A stretch of DNA of 64,000 nucleotides from a virus: IMG/VR virus record IMGVR_UViG_3300021961_008157; one strand, written 5' to 3'. Position 1 is the stretch's first letter; every line of letters starts with the position of its first letter. The notes under the pieces were generated by a model. The model worked only from the letters and a program-made list of their open reading frames with translations. It was not told the origin of the DNA and made no database searches. A program made the position numbers and the translations under genes. Shown here piece by piece: positions 35,354 to 45,434 of the stretch.

Positions 35354-38017
35354 TTACAATGCCAACTTATACAACAGCCCAATTTGACCAGTGCCGTCTT
35401 GCCCGTATGTTGCTGAAAAGTTCAGGGAGTGATTCCGTTTTACATAATCATAACTAGCACCCACAAAGGCCAAATTTGAGTTACGAATTTTGCTGTTTAC
35501 ATTTGAGTAGTGCATAACACCGCCGGCATCCACACTGGTTGGAACAGTTAATGCTACAGATCCGCTTACAACTGCTGGGCGAATACCTCCGTACAAATTG
35601 ATGTTTTGATCCCTCCAACCAGCCATTGCGTAAACACTACGAACAGGTGTTACACGAGTAACCATACCATAGTTGTATTGCCCAACAGTATTCATAACGC
35701 CTGCTTGTGCCCAACTACCAGTACGTTCGGGACTGTACATTACATTAAACTCGGCAGTAGTAGAACCGGTGCTTTGCCCCCACATGCCCGAGAAGTTGAT
35801 CCAGGGATTGCGATCTGTTTGCGTAACAGTCACTTGGTACTGTACAGGTTGATAGTTAGGATCAAATGCTTGACTGCTTACACCAACACTGATGTTAGCA
35901 CCCGAGCCGCTAACGGACAAGCCATTGTTGGTCATTACAGATCCTGCAAAGCGGCTGCTCCAACTTTGTCCCGGTGTGTGTTTCAAATAGTGTAGCGGCT
36001 GCGACGAGGACGCAACAGCCGGAGATAAATCAACTATAAAATCTCTTTGGAAACTGTCCACAGCCGACACCGATGACAACACAGAGGATACTGTAGCATC
36101 TACACCGCCTGAAACGCTCAAAGAGCCACTAAGTGGAGCAGTAGTACCTGTGCGACCAGTTACGCTGATACCCAAATCTCCCACTGGTTGTGTAGCACGA
36201 TTTAGATCCAGCAAGCCTTGCCCCATTACGTTGACATTATAGTTGGGTAGATTTTTGTTGGCAGTTTTCAACAGCAACTGAACAATTTGATTGCCCTTCA
36301 TATAAGGCCACAGTTGGTGTACAATTGCCGCGGCTCCCGAAACTGCTGGTGCCGCAAAACTGGTACCACTGCTGGTCCTATATAAACCATTGTAGTCAAC
36401 CGTTTCAATGGCCACGCTGGGCGCCATAATGAAAAAGTCGGAAGTGCGATATTGATCCTTACAAACTGAGTCGACTACGACTTTACAAACGTGTCCAGCA
36501 CCGTTGCCTTCGGGCGTTTTACTTGTAGAGTTCCAGCCACCTGCAATCAACATCTGACCGTTGAGCAACAAATTTCCCCCAGCATCAGTTGCTGTAGCAA
36601 ATACAGCGGGCGACTGGGTGTATTGTAAGCCTTGATTGCCGGCTGCCACAACCAATACCATTTCTTTGCCCAATACTCCTGCCCAGTCAGTGGGCTTGGC
36701 TAGGTTATAGTAGTTGGTTCCGCCATAGTAAACGTGGTTGCTGTAGAAGGTGCCATCGCCCAACCGATACACACTACTCTTATAGTCTGTGCTGTAATTG
36801 GTGTTAGAACTTAAATTGGCCACTACAATGTCGGAGTATTGTTGTGCCCACAGGAGCGCCTTGAGAGCAGACGCCATACTTACACTAGAAGTATTACCAA
36901 TTTTGGCCACAGCCAGATTAGCATCAAATGCTACGCCATACATTCCCTTGCCATCACGTGCGCCGGCAGCAATAGCAGCCACTTGACTACCGTGCCCCAC
37001 AACGTCTTGAATACCTGTGGTAGTATAATCAACGGTGTATTTGATTTTGCCGGCAAATTCACTGCCATCAATATCGATACCAGTGTCCATAACAAGAATA
37101 GTGGATCCTTTACCAGTCCAACCTCGGGCATACGCATAGTTAGCACCAATGGCACTGATGGTTTTGCCTGCCTCCCCTGTTAGATAGTAAGCAGGATCGC
37201 GACTGGGCACTGGTGTTGGAGTACCCATGTTTGTATTGTTATAGTAAGTTGATGCATTAAAATTAGCATCTACTGTAGTAGGAGTGTCCGGCGCTGTTGT
37301 TGTTTCAGTGGTTGTGGTTGTGGGTCCACTGATAACAGTAGTGGACACAATTTCTTTGGCTGTAAGTTTTCCATCAACGTAAGTGTATTGCCATCTTTGT
37401 GATACCACACTACCATCTGCTAATGTCGCAGTTCTAGTAACATAAGAATATCGGATCACTGGTTCTGCAACCACCGGTGCAGGCTCTACCACCGCTACTG
37501 GTTCCGGTGCAGGAGCAGGTGTTACAACCGTTGTGCTGTCAATGCTTTTGTCAGTTAGTTTTTCGTCAGTATAGGTATACTTCCATTTTTCTGCAACAAC
37601 GCTACCATCGGCTTGTGCTACAGTTTTGGTGACAAACGCATATCTAATAACTGGCACAGGAGTTGGCGGCACTACCATCGTGCTACTAACTACGTTACGA
37701 GCAGTGATTTTACCGTCTGTGTAGGTAAGGCGTGTTACTGTTTCAATAACACTACCATCAGCTTGCGTCTTGCGATCAGTGACGTTATTGTAAGTAATTA
37801 CTGGTGCTTTTACGCCTAATACTGTTTCGCTAACAACCGTTTTGGCTCTAAGTTTGTTGTTAACATAAGTGTATTGCCATCGTTGGACCACGGTGGTGCC
37901 ATCGGCTTGTTTGACTTTTCGTGTTACATATGAGTAACGAGTGACGTCCGCTGCCAACGCAACAGAAACAACTGCCACTAACAATAGCCCTACCAAAAAC
38001 TTAACAAATCGACTCAT
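35354..38017 (-). CDS. Secreted S8 subtilisin-like protease with N-terminal repeats and beta-rich C-terminus
   Basis: DTG, HGS and GTSFAAP catalytic motifs; signal peptide; four ~45-aa repeats. Confidence 0.9.
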   Translation of the reverse strand: MSRFVKFLVGLLLVAVVSVALAADVTRYSYVTRKVKQADGTTVVQRWQYTYVNNKLRAKTVVSETVLGVKAPVITYNNVTDRKTQADGSVIETVTRLTYTDGKITARNVVSSTMVVPPTPVPVIRYAFVTKTVAQADGSVVAEKWKYTYTDEKLTDKSIDSTTVVTPAPAPEPVAVVEPAPVVAEPVIRYSYVTRTATLADGSVVSQRWQYTYVDGKLTAKEIVSTTVISGPTTTTTETTTAPDTPTTVDANFNASTYYNNTNMGTPTPVPSRDPAYYLTGEAGKTISAIGANYAYARGWTGKGSTILVMDTGIDIDGSEFAGKIKYTVDYTTTGIQDVVGHGSQVAAIAAGARDGKGMYGVAFDANLAVAKIGNTSSVSMASALKALLWAQQYSDIVVANLSSNTNYSTDYKSSVYRLGDGTFYSNHVYYGGTNYYNLAKPTDWAGVLGKEMVLVVAAGNQGLQYTQSPAVFATATDAGGNLLLNGQMLIAGGWNSTSKTPEGNGAGHVCKVVVDSVCKDQYRTSDFFIMAPSVAIETVDYNGLYRTSSGTSFAAPAVSGAAAIVHQLWPYMKGNQIVQLLLKTANKNLPNYNVNVMGQGLLDLNRATQPVGDLGISVTGRTGTTAPLSGSLSVSGGVDATVSSVLSSVSAVDSFQRDFIVDLSPAVASSSQPLHYLKHTPGQSWSSRFAGSVMTNNGLSVSGSGANISVGVSSQAFDPNYQPVQYQVTVTQTDRNPWINFSGMWGQSTGSTTAEFNVMYSPERTGSWAQAGVMNTVGQYNYGMVTRVTPVRSVYAMAGWRDQNINLYGGIRPAVVSGSVALTVPTSVDAGGVMHYSNVNSKIRNSNLAFVGASYDYVKRNHSLNFSATYGQDGTGQIGLLYKLAL

Positions 38018-38047
38018 AAGAGTTCCCCAAATTGATAATGTACATAC

Positions 38048-38076
38048 ATTATAGCAAAATGGTATTTATCGGTCAA
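38048..38076 (-). promoter_or_regulatory. sigma70 promoter with embedded ATAAATA
   Basis: TTGACC-gATAAATAccattttgc-TATAAT (17 bp). Confidence 0.65.
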
Positions 38077-38399
38077 CCACGGTCCAAATGCTTGATTTTA
38101 TTGGGAATTCCGTTCCATTTTTCGTAATCGGGCAGCGGATCTTTGCGTTTGGTAATTACTGGCCATTTTTTTGCCAATTCGGCATTGATAGCAATAAACG
38201 GACGCTGATCCTCGGGCAAGTCTTCTTCGGCATAAATGGCGTTAACAGGACACTCGGGCACACAAACTGCACAGTCAATGCATTCATCAGGATCAATTGC
38301 CAAAAAGTTTGGTCCTTCAACAAAACAATCTACTGGGCATACATCTACGCAATCGGTGTGTTTGCATAGAATGCAATTGTCAGTTACCACATATGTCAT
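38073..38399 (-). CDS. fdxA: 7Fe ferredoxin
   Basis: [26 protein letters not shown]...[12 protein letters not shown]. Confidence 0.95.
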   Translation of the reverse strand: MTYVVTDNCILCKHTDCVDVCPVDCFVEGPNFLAIDPDECIDCAVCVPECPVNAIYAEEDLPEDQRPFIAINAELAKKWPVITKRKDPLPDYEKWNGIPNKIKHLDRG

Positions 38400-38400
38400 A

Positions 38401-39108
38401 TTAATAAACCCCTTTACCACCAGCAGATTGCTGTAGTTTAATGTTGTCAAAGAACTCTTTTTTGGTTGCGGGGTCAGTTTGGAACGCACCCTTTAGTACT
38501 GTAGTTTGCGTCAAACTCGAAGTGGCCATTATACCTCTATTGGTGCAACAACCATGTTCAGCACCAATATGAACTGCTACGTTTGATGAGTTGGTAGCAC
38601 GAGCAATTTCCCGAGCAATGTCGTTGGCTAGTTCTTCTTGTAGCGTACCACGACGAGCACACCATTGTGCAATGCGAGTGTATTTACTCAGTCCAATTAA
38701 TTTTTCTGCGGCAATGATTCCAATATACGCAACACCAGTCACTGGCTGATGATGGTGACTGCACATGCTGTTCAGTTCACTGCGCACTACTAGCATGCCT
38801 TCATAGCGTTCATCAGAATCATTGGGAAAGGCTGTAGCATCCGGGGCAGGATCGTAACGTCCACTCATGATTTCGTTAAAATACATTTTGGCCAGCCGCC
38901 GGGCCGTACCTTGGCTGTTGGGATCGTTTTCACGATCAATCAGCAACGCATCTAACACTTGTTCAAATGCTTCTGTTGCTTCGTCAATCAGCAGTTCTTT
39001 GTTGTTGTCTGAAACGTAGTCACTGATATTATCACCAGCCCAAAAACGTTTACGGTCTTTTCGCATTTGTTCGCGTATCACTTGCGACAAATTTTTTTCT
39101 TCATTCAT
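38401..39108 (-). CDS. folE: GTP cyclohydrolase I
   Basis: SMCSHH, GLSK..R, LQEEL, HGC...RG. Confidence 0.93.
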   Translation of the reverse strand: MNEEKNLSQVIREQMRKDRKRFWAGDNISDYVSDNNKELLIDEATEAFEQVLDALLIDRENDPNSQGTARRLAKMYFNEIMSGRYDPAPDATAFPNDSDERYEGMLVVRSELNSMCSHHHQPVTGVAYIGIIAAEKLIGLSKYTRIAQWCARRGTLQEELANDIAREIARATNSSNVAVHIGAEHGCCTNRGIMATSSLTQTTVLKGAFQTDPATKKEFFDNIKLQQSAGGKGVY

Positions 39109-39149
39109 TTATTATGCTCCGATGTTAAGGCAGAGGATTGCCGTTGTTT

Positions 39150-39178
39150 ATTATACAAGGTATTTAGACAGTTGTCAA
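39150..39178 (-). promoter_or_regulatory. sigma70 promoter of folE with embedded TAAATA
   Basis: TTGACA-actgtcTAAATAccttg-TATAAT (17 bp). Confidence 0.75.
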
Positions 39179-39774
39179 TCAACTATAGTAATAGTTCGTA
39201 AATCAGGATAAGGCACAAATACTGGTGCCGGACGATTTTCTTGAAGTCCTTTTAGGAGGGCCAATCCTTGTTGTGCTTCTTCAATTGTGGGCTTGTAGTG
39301 GTAGCCGACATGGAATATTTTTTGCTCAACCCAAGGACTAATAGTCAAATCTCTACCATCATAGCGTTGAGCAAGCAAAGTTTTGTATGCTTCGCTGTCA
39401 TCTAATAGGATAGCACCACCACGGCCAATGTGCAATGGTTTGGTATTACCAAAACTCAAACATTGTAGTGTGCCCGATCGATACATGTTTTCCTCTAGCC
39501 GACGTGCGCTATCCCAAATCCTTGTACCGTGGATCTGATACTCGCCTTTCCAAGTTTGCCGATCCTCGTCGAGATAATCATAAACAATGTCCAATTTGTG
39601 CATGGTCATTGGTATGCTCAAATAGGTAAATGGAGTAAATTCACATTCCTGTATGCGATCATATCGCAAGCAAAGTTCAATAGCATGCGTACAGCAGTCA
39701 GTCATAACAGCATACGGTGCGCCAGCAAACTCGGCTAACTCTTTTTCAAAACGTAGTATTGTATCAAAGATCAT
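39175..39774 (-). CDS. Short DegT/DnrJ-like PLP aminotransferase
   Basis: FEKELAEF, CTHAIELCL, DSA, SFGNTKPL..GRGG. Confidence 0.75.
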   Translation of the reverse strand: MIFDTILRFEKELAEFAGAPYAVMTDCCTHAIELCLRYDRIQECEFTPFTYLSIPMTMHKLDIVYDYLDEDRQTWKGEYQIHGTRIWDSARRLEENMYRSGTLQCLSFGNTKPLHIGRGGAILLDDSEAYKTLLAQRYDGRDLTISPWVEQKIFHVGYHYKPTIEEAQQGLALLKGLQENRPAPVFVPYPDLRTITIVD

Positions 39775-40715
39775 CGATTGTACCATGCCCAAGCATGACT
39801 TATTATGTTATTCAAATTGTATTTAGGTTGCCATCCTGCCACTTGAATAAATTTAGAAGCATCAGCAGTGAGAACAGCTGGATCACCATCCCTTGCTTGA
39901 CCAAACACCACAGGAATACTGTGGCCCACAACTGCTTCTGCACCATCAACTATTTCAAGGTTGCTATGTCCTACTGATGTCCCCAAGTTATAAACACCTG
40001 CGGGTATTGTATTTTCTAGTGCCATAACATGTGCGCGAGCAATATCTTCTACATGTACATAATCGCGAACACAAGTTCCATCGGGCGTTTCAAACTTATT
40101 TCCGTTGCAAACAAACTGAGTATTATTTTTTACGCTTTCGAGCACACGAGCAATAATGTGTGTGGCACCGCCTTTTTGCCCGTGCCTTGCGCGACTATCT
40201 GCACCACAAGCATTAAAGTAGCGAAAAGCCACATAGTCCAAGTTGTAGGCACGGTGATAGCTGGCCAAGGCACGTTCAATTGCGAGTTTAGTTTCACCAT
40301 AAGGACTAATGGGATCAGCAGGATCCACTTCTTGACAAGGAGTCATCACTGGCCGTCCGTATGTGGCTGCGCTCGAGCTGAATATAAATCGTATGTTCTG
40401 TTGCCGGCGACTCCGTATAATGTCCAACATAGCAATGGTTTTAACCACATTGTTGTTGTAATATTCAGCAGGATCGGTCATACTGGGACCAACCAAGCTG
40501 GTGCCAGCACAATGAATGACAGCGTCTGGAAAGTCCACCATCAGTGGACCCAGGCCTTCGACGCTGGCAAAGTCAGCCCTAACAAAGCGATCTAATGTAA
40601 TGGGCAGTTGATGATTTTCACGATCAATGCCGATTACTGTATGTCCCGCATCTTTTAACTGTAGGGCGATTTGGCCGCCGATGTAGCCGCTTACGCCCGT
40701 TACAATTACTTTCAT
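39771..40715 (-). CDS. galE: UDP-glucose 4-epimerase
   Basis: GVSGYIG, FSSSAATYG, YGETK, RYFNACGA, DGTCVRDYVHV. Confidence 0.92.
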   Translation of the reverse strand: MKVIVTGVSGYIGGQIALQLKDAGHTVIGIDRENHQLPITLDRFVRADFASVEGLGPLMVDFPDAVIHCAGTSLVGPSMTDPAEYYNNNVVKTIAMLDIIRSRRQQNIRFIFSSSAATYGRPVMTPCQEVDPADPISPYGETKLAIERALASYHRAYNLDYVAFRYFNACGADSRARHGQKGGATHIIARVLESVKNNTQFVCNGNKFETPDGTCVRDYVHVEDIARAHVMALENTIPAGVYNLGTSVGHSNLEIVDGAEAVVGHSIPVVFGQARDGDPAVLTADASKFIQVAGWQPKYNLNNIISHAWAWYNR

Positions 40716-41926
40716 CCTTCAATTCTTACCACTTGGTATTTTTCATGGCTCGCATAATCACGATAGCGATTACCCGCGCGATTCCACTGCTCTCCCTGCC
40801 CTTCAATAATGTCAATCACACGATCAACAGTACCGTCAGTCCAATCACTGATCAAGCCCATGTTGTGATGTGGTGCCCGTAGGAGATTCTGCATCTTGTG
40901 ATAAGCATCATCAATGCTCCAAGGAACATACAGTCTATTGGGATCATTGGCAAATGTTTCGGGAAAACTACGATATGCTGGATACAGCACATTACAACCT
41001 AGTGTGTCCGCTTCGCTTACTGTGTTTGACACCCAGTCTTGCAGCGCACAGTTAAACAATACTCGAGTATCATTCAGCAGAGCATAGTATTGATTTTTGC
41101 TTAGGTTGTCATAAATCTTTAATTTACCTTCGGACTCCAGCTGCCGTGCTCGCGTAACATAATCGGAATTGTTGCTCCGTAACGCACCACCCGAGTAGAT
41201 GGCAAATTCACATGGTTCACCGGACAGCTCGCCATACATTTCAATCAAGTCCATGAAAAAGCCGGGCTGCTTTTCCTGATCAAATCGTGCAGCAAATCCC
41301 ACACGTCGCGGACGTTGATCAAATGGTTTAATATTGTCAACGCCACCAATACGCTCCAGCACTTCGGCTTTGCCAAACGCCAGTCCCGAGATATTGTAGA
41401 TTGGGCAGTCCCAACCAGCAATGCGCATGTGTGCTACCATTTCTTCGTTGGTAGCAAGTACTGCTCCACCTGATGTGCGCACTAGTTCACATACCATCTT
41501 TTCATATAAGCCCATCCATTTTGCCATGCCCCAAACATGTACGAAATCATCAGGATCAATGGTCTGAGCAAGACAGCGAACAAAAATCCTAGGACGCATA
41601 GCAGCATCAACTTGATCCATAATATAAGGCAAGCTCTCAATGCCGGGCTGAAACATATCTTCAAAGTAGACAACATCTTCACCTGTAACTTCTCCCTTAC
41701 GCATCATTTGCACCAGATTCATCAGTTGGCTCATACCAAAGTAACTGCGACCGTGTGCATCTAACACTTGGCCCACCGAAATTGACTGCGAGTTGTCAAT
41801 CACTGTACCAGGAACATAAACTACATCAAGACCACGGCGATCAAACACCCGCCGGTTCCATTCAGTTAGTTGAAGAGTGTAGCGAGCCTCGTATGATTCA
41901 AGACCCATGTAGTAGAGTTTTCTCAT
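40712..41926 (-). CDS. GT-B fold glycosyltransferase
   Basis: ARFDQEKQP and ..SEADTLGC..LYP...SFPE, resembling GT4-type C-terminal motifs. Confidence 0.65.
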   Translation of the reverse strand: MRKLYYMGLESYEARYTLQLTEWNRRVFDRRGLDVVYVPGTVIDNSQSISVGQVLDAHGRSYFGMSQLMNLVQMMRKGEVTGEDVVYFEDMFQPGIESLPYIMDQVDAAMRPRIFVRCLAQTIDPDDFVHVWGMAKWMGLYEKMVCELVRTSGGAVLATNEEMVAHMRIAGWDCPIYNISGLAFGKAEVLERIGGVDNIKPFDQRPRRVGFAARFDQEKQPGFFMDLIEMYGELSGEPCEFAIYSGGALRSNNSDYVTRARQLESEGKLKIYDNLSKNQYYALLNDTRVLFNCALQDWVSNTVSEADTLGCNVLYPAYRSFPETFANDPNRLYVPWSIDDAYHKMQNLLRAPHHNMGLISDWTDGTVDRVIDIIEGQGEQWNRAGNRYRDYASHEKYQVVRIEG

Positions 41927-42150
41927 GGACCCACATTCCGATTCAAACGACGAGCATCTTCCAGCCACATGTCGCGAGCATTTTTGCCCTGAACAAATTT
42001 AGTATACTGCTGCCATGCATAACTTTTAAAGTTATACAAGTCGGCTTCGTTGTAGCGATAGCCATAGTCCCGACAAAAGTTCAACAATCGTTCCAGATCC
42101 TCTTGGACTGCATAAACTTTGTTGTTAACTTCGAAATTGGGTTTACCCAT
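41923..42150 (-). CDS. Hypothetical protein
   Basis: RBS aaggaa; overlaps the glycosyltransferase start. Confidence 0.6.
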   Translation of the reverse strand: MGKPNFEVNNKVYAVQEDLERLLNFCRDYGYRYNEADLYNFKSYAWQQYTKFVQGKNARDMWLEDARRLNRNVGP

Positions 42151-42161
42151 GATATTTTCCT

Positions 42162-42614
42162 TTAGATTTTTACATTAAGGTTAGGACGAGAAATTTCATA
42201 TTTGATCAAGCAGCCATTCTCGCCATCTTCTGCCACTTCGATCCATACAGCCCTTTCGGGGTATCGGTTTGCAATTTGCAGATACAAATCATCTGCAATC
42301 ATTTCACAACTTTTATAGTTCAGTTCTAGCGTTCCACCAGCATAAAGATTCTCTAGCCAGCGTTTAAACTGAATAAACTCAATGTCGCGATCATTATGGA
42401 ACACATCAATCCATACGCGAAAGTGAAAGATATGCCTGTGGGGCACACCTAGAAAGGATACATCATACTCGTCGCCTGTAGCCAGTGCGGGATCGCTTGC
42501 AGCCGCGGGATATTTGTGTACCCCTTCTTTTCTAAACGTGACCCAAATCTTGCGTTCAGCTTGACTCATTATTCTTGCTGCTGTTTCAGCCAGTGCTTGT
42601 TCTCTTGGATTCAT
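42162..42614 (-). CDS. QueD-like T-fold protein, DpdL-type (putative CDG decarboxylase)
   Basis: LGVPHRHIF (LxxxHRHxF), DRDIEFI, SCEMIA and EDGENG motifs. Confidence 0.7.
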   Translation of the reverse strand: MNPREQALAETAARIMSQAERKIWVTFRKEGVHKYPAAASDPALATGDEYDVSFLGVPHRHIFHFRVWIDVFHNDRDIEFIQFKRWLENLYAGGTLELNYKSCEMIADDLYLQIANRYPERAVWIEVAEDGENGCLIKYEISRPNLNVKI

Positions 42615-43117
42615 AATACTTCATCCTTGGTATATTTAGACCAGTCCGTAAATGCCTTCCGATCCATTAGATCGTGCAAACTATGACACCATACTCCGGG
42701 GTTGGTGGCTCGGAAATCTTTGTCGTCAATTTTAATTGTGGCATTATAACCCAACTGCTGTAGGTAAGGCAGTTTAACTGAAATCATAGGAATAAAGTTG
42801 GGGTATTCAGCTAATCCGCCTTCGATTAGGCCTTCTACACAACTTGCATCAACATCGAGTGTACACCAATAGCCTTTTTGTAGAAATGGTGTAATCATCT
42901 GTTCCCAATGCTGCCAATCAGGCGAGTTAGTTGACAACCTAGGAAAGCTCATATTGGCACCAAAATAAACATGCTCGCGGCCTTGTAGGTGAGCAGCAAC
43001 GTCATCAACTGGTTGTACGCCAATAACAAATAGAGTTTTTAATCCGTGTGCGGGCGTGTGTTCTACTTCGACGCCGGTAAAGAAGTTTACCGATTCGTCA
43101 TATCCATCTCTTTTCAT
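42611..43117 (-). CDS. Hypothetical protein in the deazaguanine cluster
   Basis: ATGA-coupled between the dpdA-like and dpdL-like genes. Confidence 0.65.
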   Translation of the reverse strand: MKRDGYDESVNFFTGVEVEHTPAHGLKTLFVIGVQPVDDVAAHLQGREHVYFGANMSFPRLSTNSPDWQHWEQMITPFLQKGYWCTLDVDASCVEGLIEGGLAEYPNFIPMISVKLPYLQQLGYNATIKIDDKDFRATNPGVWCHSLHDLMDRKAFTDWSKYTKDEVL

Positions 43118-44682
43118 AGCATTAGATCGTGTTCGAGTTTATCTAGGTTTTTGCTGTCAAGTTCGTCGTTGTCAGATTGTACTACAGAGTCGGCTTCTTC
43201 GTCAACCACTTCAAACAAGTTATTAAACTGAGTTCGGGCATTTTTAGCCTTTTTACCCTTAAAACCTCTAGTGCCCACAATGTCCATCCAATAACGGTCA
43301 TAACTTTCGATAATGGCTTCGGATTCAGCTCGATCAGGCGTGGCAAAAATGGCTTCTACAATGTCTTCAAAACGAGTGTGATCACCGTTTGCATCCCACA
43401 TCATTCGCGGCCGGGAGCCGTTATCAAAATCACGATTGGCACGTTGTACCGACTCAATGTGTATCCAAACATTGTGTGCCATTAGTAAAGCATACGAAAA
43501 ACTATCCCACGATGTTTTGCCTTCTTTACCAATCTTATTAAGATCGCCGGGCTTGTAGTAGCAGATGTCCTTCATTTGCAGTTGGCGGCTTATGGGACTT
43601 TCGTCAAAACAATCAACCAAACCATCGGCTACCACTGCGGGCCCAAACGGGCGAGTATCGGTGGCATACTTTTTATCATCCACAATGGGGTTCATACGAT
43701 AACTCCACTTGCCATCATACGGCAGTACAATTTCGTGATAAACTTGTCCATTGGCTGTGGCTAGGAATGGACTTGCACAATCAAAGGAAATGGTAAAGTT
43801 AGGATTAACATACTTTCTAACCGCCCTTTGAATCACAGTGAGTAGCACAGCCCATTCCAACTTAGAGGTGCCTAGGAAGTGCATCCAATCGTGTACGCCG
43901 GCTTGTAGTAGATTATCATGGCGTAGTGCTACCAAACGCTTGAGCACTAGATGTACATCGCACATGTTTTGTCCACCCATGGACCAACCATTAAAGTGTG
44001 TGTCGGGATACTTGACAGGATCGCAGTACTCTTTCATGATGTCATACCAGCGATCAGCGTCAGCGTGATTGGCACCTTGCAGCACGTTTAGTATTTTCAT
44101 ACCACCATTTTTGACGCCACGGCGGTGTTTCATAAAGTATTCGTTGTTATACTTTGTTGCGTCAACTGCTTCTTGTAGTGTGCTAATACCGCAAGCAGAG
44201 CTGGCTTTCTTATCGTGTATAACCCATGTGGGAATATCCAGTGTCATACCATAGTCGGCAACACCGTCCAACCACTTGAGTACAGCTTCACGACGTTTTT
44301 GTGCCTTAGGGCAACCGGAGTTGGCTTTCCAGTCGCCTTCCCAAAGTCCCTTGGCAATTTGGAATCCGCCCGAGTCGCCTAGCATTAGTGTGCCGGGCTC
44401 ACGATTCCGAACCATGTCCTCAGACCAGTCTTGCTTGTTAAGATCAAGATTGGCATGACCACCTGAGTACAAACTCCATTTATATGGGAACAATGCCTGC
44501 TGACTGTTAAGCCAGTTTAACCCCTCCATGTCTTGTATACCCGCGGGCATACGAGATGGTTCCACATAAGGACCCCCTACTGGATCACGCTGTTTGCCTA
44601 TAAAGGTAGCGTAAAATCCACTGATGGCCGGCAAAAAGATGGCGTAATCGTTTTGCTTGGCCGTTAAGTTGTCTTGTGTCAC
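43114..44682 (-). CDS. DpdA-like DNA deazaguanine transglycosylase (TGT fold)
   Basis: DSGGFQ, LDIP, VLQG, HFLG and SFD motifs; clustered with folE/queD/queE and replication genes. Confidence 0.8.
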   Translation of the reverse strand: MTQDNLTAKQNDYAIFLPAISGFYATFIGKQRDPVGGPYVEPSRMPAGIQDMEGLNWLNSQQALFPYKWSLYSGGHANLDLNKQDWSEDMVRNREPGTLMLGDSGGFQIAKGLWEGDWKANSGCPKAQKRREAVLKWLDGVADYGMTLDIPTWVIHDKKASSACGISTLQEAVDATKYNNEYFMKHRRGVKNGGMKILNVLQGANHADADRWYDIMKEYCDPVKYPDTHFNGWSMGGQNMCDVHLVLKRLVALRHDNLLQAGVHDWMHFLGTSKLEWAVLLTVIQRAVRKYVNPNFTISFDCASPFLATANGQVYHEIVLPYDGKWSYRMNPIVDDKKYATDTRPFGPAVVADGLVDCFDESPISRQLQMKDICYYKPGDLNKIGKEGKTSWDSFSYALLMAHNVWIHIESVQRANRDFDNGSRPRMMWDANGDHTRFEDIVEAIFATPDRAESEAIIESYDRYWMDIVGTRGFKGKKAKNARTQFNNLFEVVDEEADSVVQSDNDELDSKNLDKLEHDLML

Positions 44683-45401
44683 TTGCTTTGTGCGGGGAGG
44701 ATATAGTTATAAACAGCCAGACCAGAATCAACAGTGATCATTGCGGCGCCGTCGTCGCTGATCTTAACCACTTTGTCGCCAGTAAGGTCCATAATGCCAA
44801 TAAAAGTTTTAATGGGCCAAGACCAAGCACGTTTAAGTTGGCCTTTAACACCAGGTTGGAATACAAAATTACCAGCGTGTGTGCTGTGATCGCCAAAGAA
44901 AAACATTAAATTACCACCGTCAGTTTTGGCTTGGAAGTTTACTTCTTCGGCATTAGCCTGTGCTTGCATTTTTAATCGCATGATGCTGGCTACTGTGGGT
45001 TCAAATTCAATGTGCCAGTTAGCACCTTTAAACTTGATTGTTTTTAGTTTTTCATTGACAATTTCACTGGCCATAAAGCGATAGCTGTTTTTAAAATCGC
45101 CTGTGGCATTTTCAAAGTTAATACCATCGGGCTCACCAGTGGCGCGCCGTGTGATACTGAGCTTGGCATTTTCGCGATACTCTTGAAGGTTAAGCAAAAT
45201 TTTCAGTTTGCTTAAATTTGGCATACCAAAGTTGCCAATAAAGTCCGCAATGGGGTTGGCAAATTTGCCCTCTACTACTACAGAACGGTCTTCGGCTAGT
45301 CCCGAAATAACTGTTTCTTTATCGTCGCCAGTAATTTTGACCAAATCAATTACACCCAAATCAAGTGTGTGTTCAACCAAGTCCAGTAAATGATCTCTCA
45401 T
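44679..45401 (-). CDS. Probable sliding clamp (gp45-like)
   Basis: 240 aa, near the polymerase, C-terminal YILPA. Confidence 0.5.
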   Translation of the reverse strand: MRDHLLDLVEHTLDLGVIDLVKITGDDKETVISGLAEDRSVVVEGKFANPIADFIGNFGMPNLSKLKILLNLQEYRENAKLSITRRATGEPDGINFENATGDFKNSYRFMASEIVNEKLKTIKFKGANWHIEFEPTVASIMRLKMQAQANAEEVNFQAKTDGGNLMFFFGDHSTHAGNFVFQPGVKGQLKRAWSWPIKTFIGIMDLTGDKVVKISDDGAAMITVDSGLAVYNYILPAQSK

Positions 45402-45434
45402 GTGTTAATTCTCCTATTGTGTATTGTAAGTGAT

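Noticed and set aside
38400-38489. N-terminal extension of ferredoxin in the ORF track
   Set aside because: Overlaps folE; the canonical FdxA start MTYVVT is at 38399
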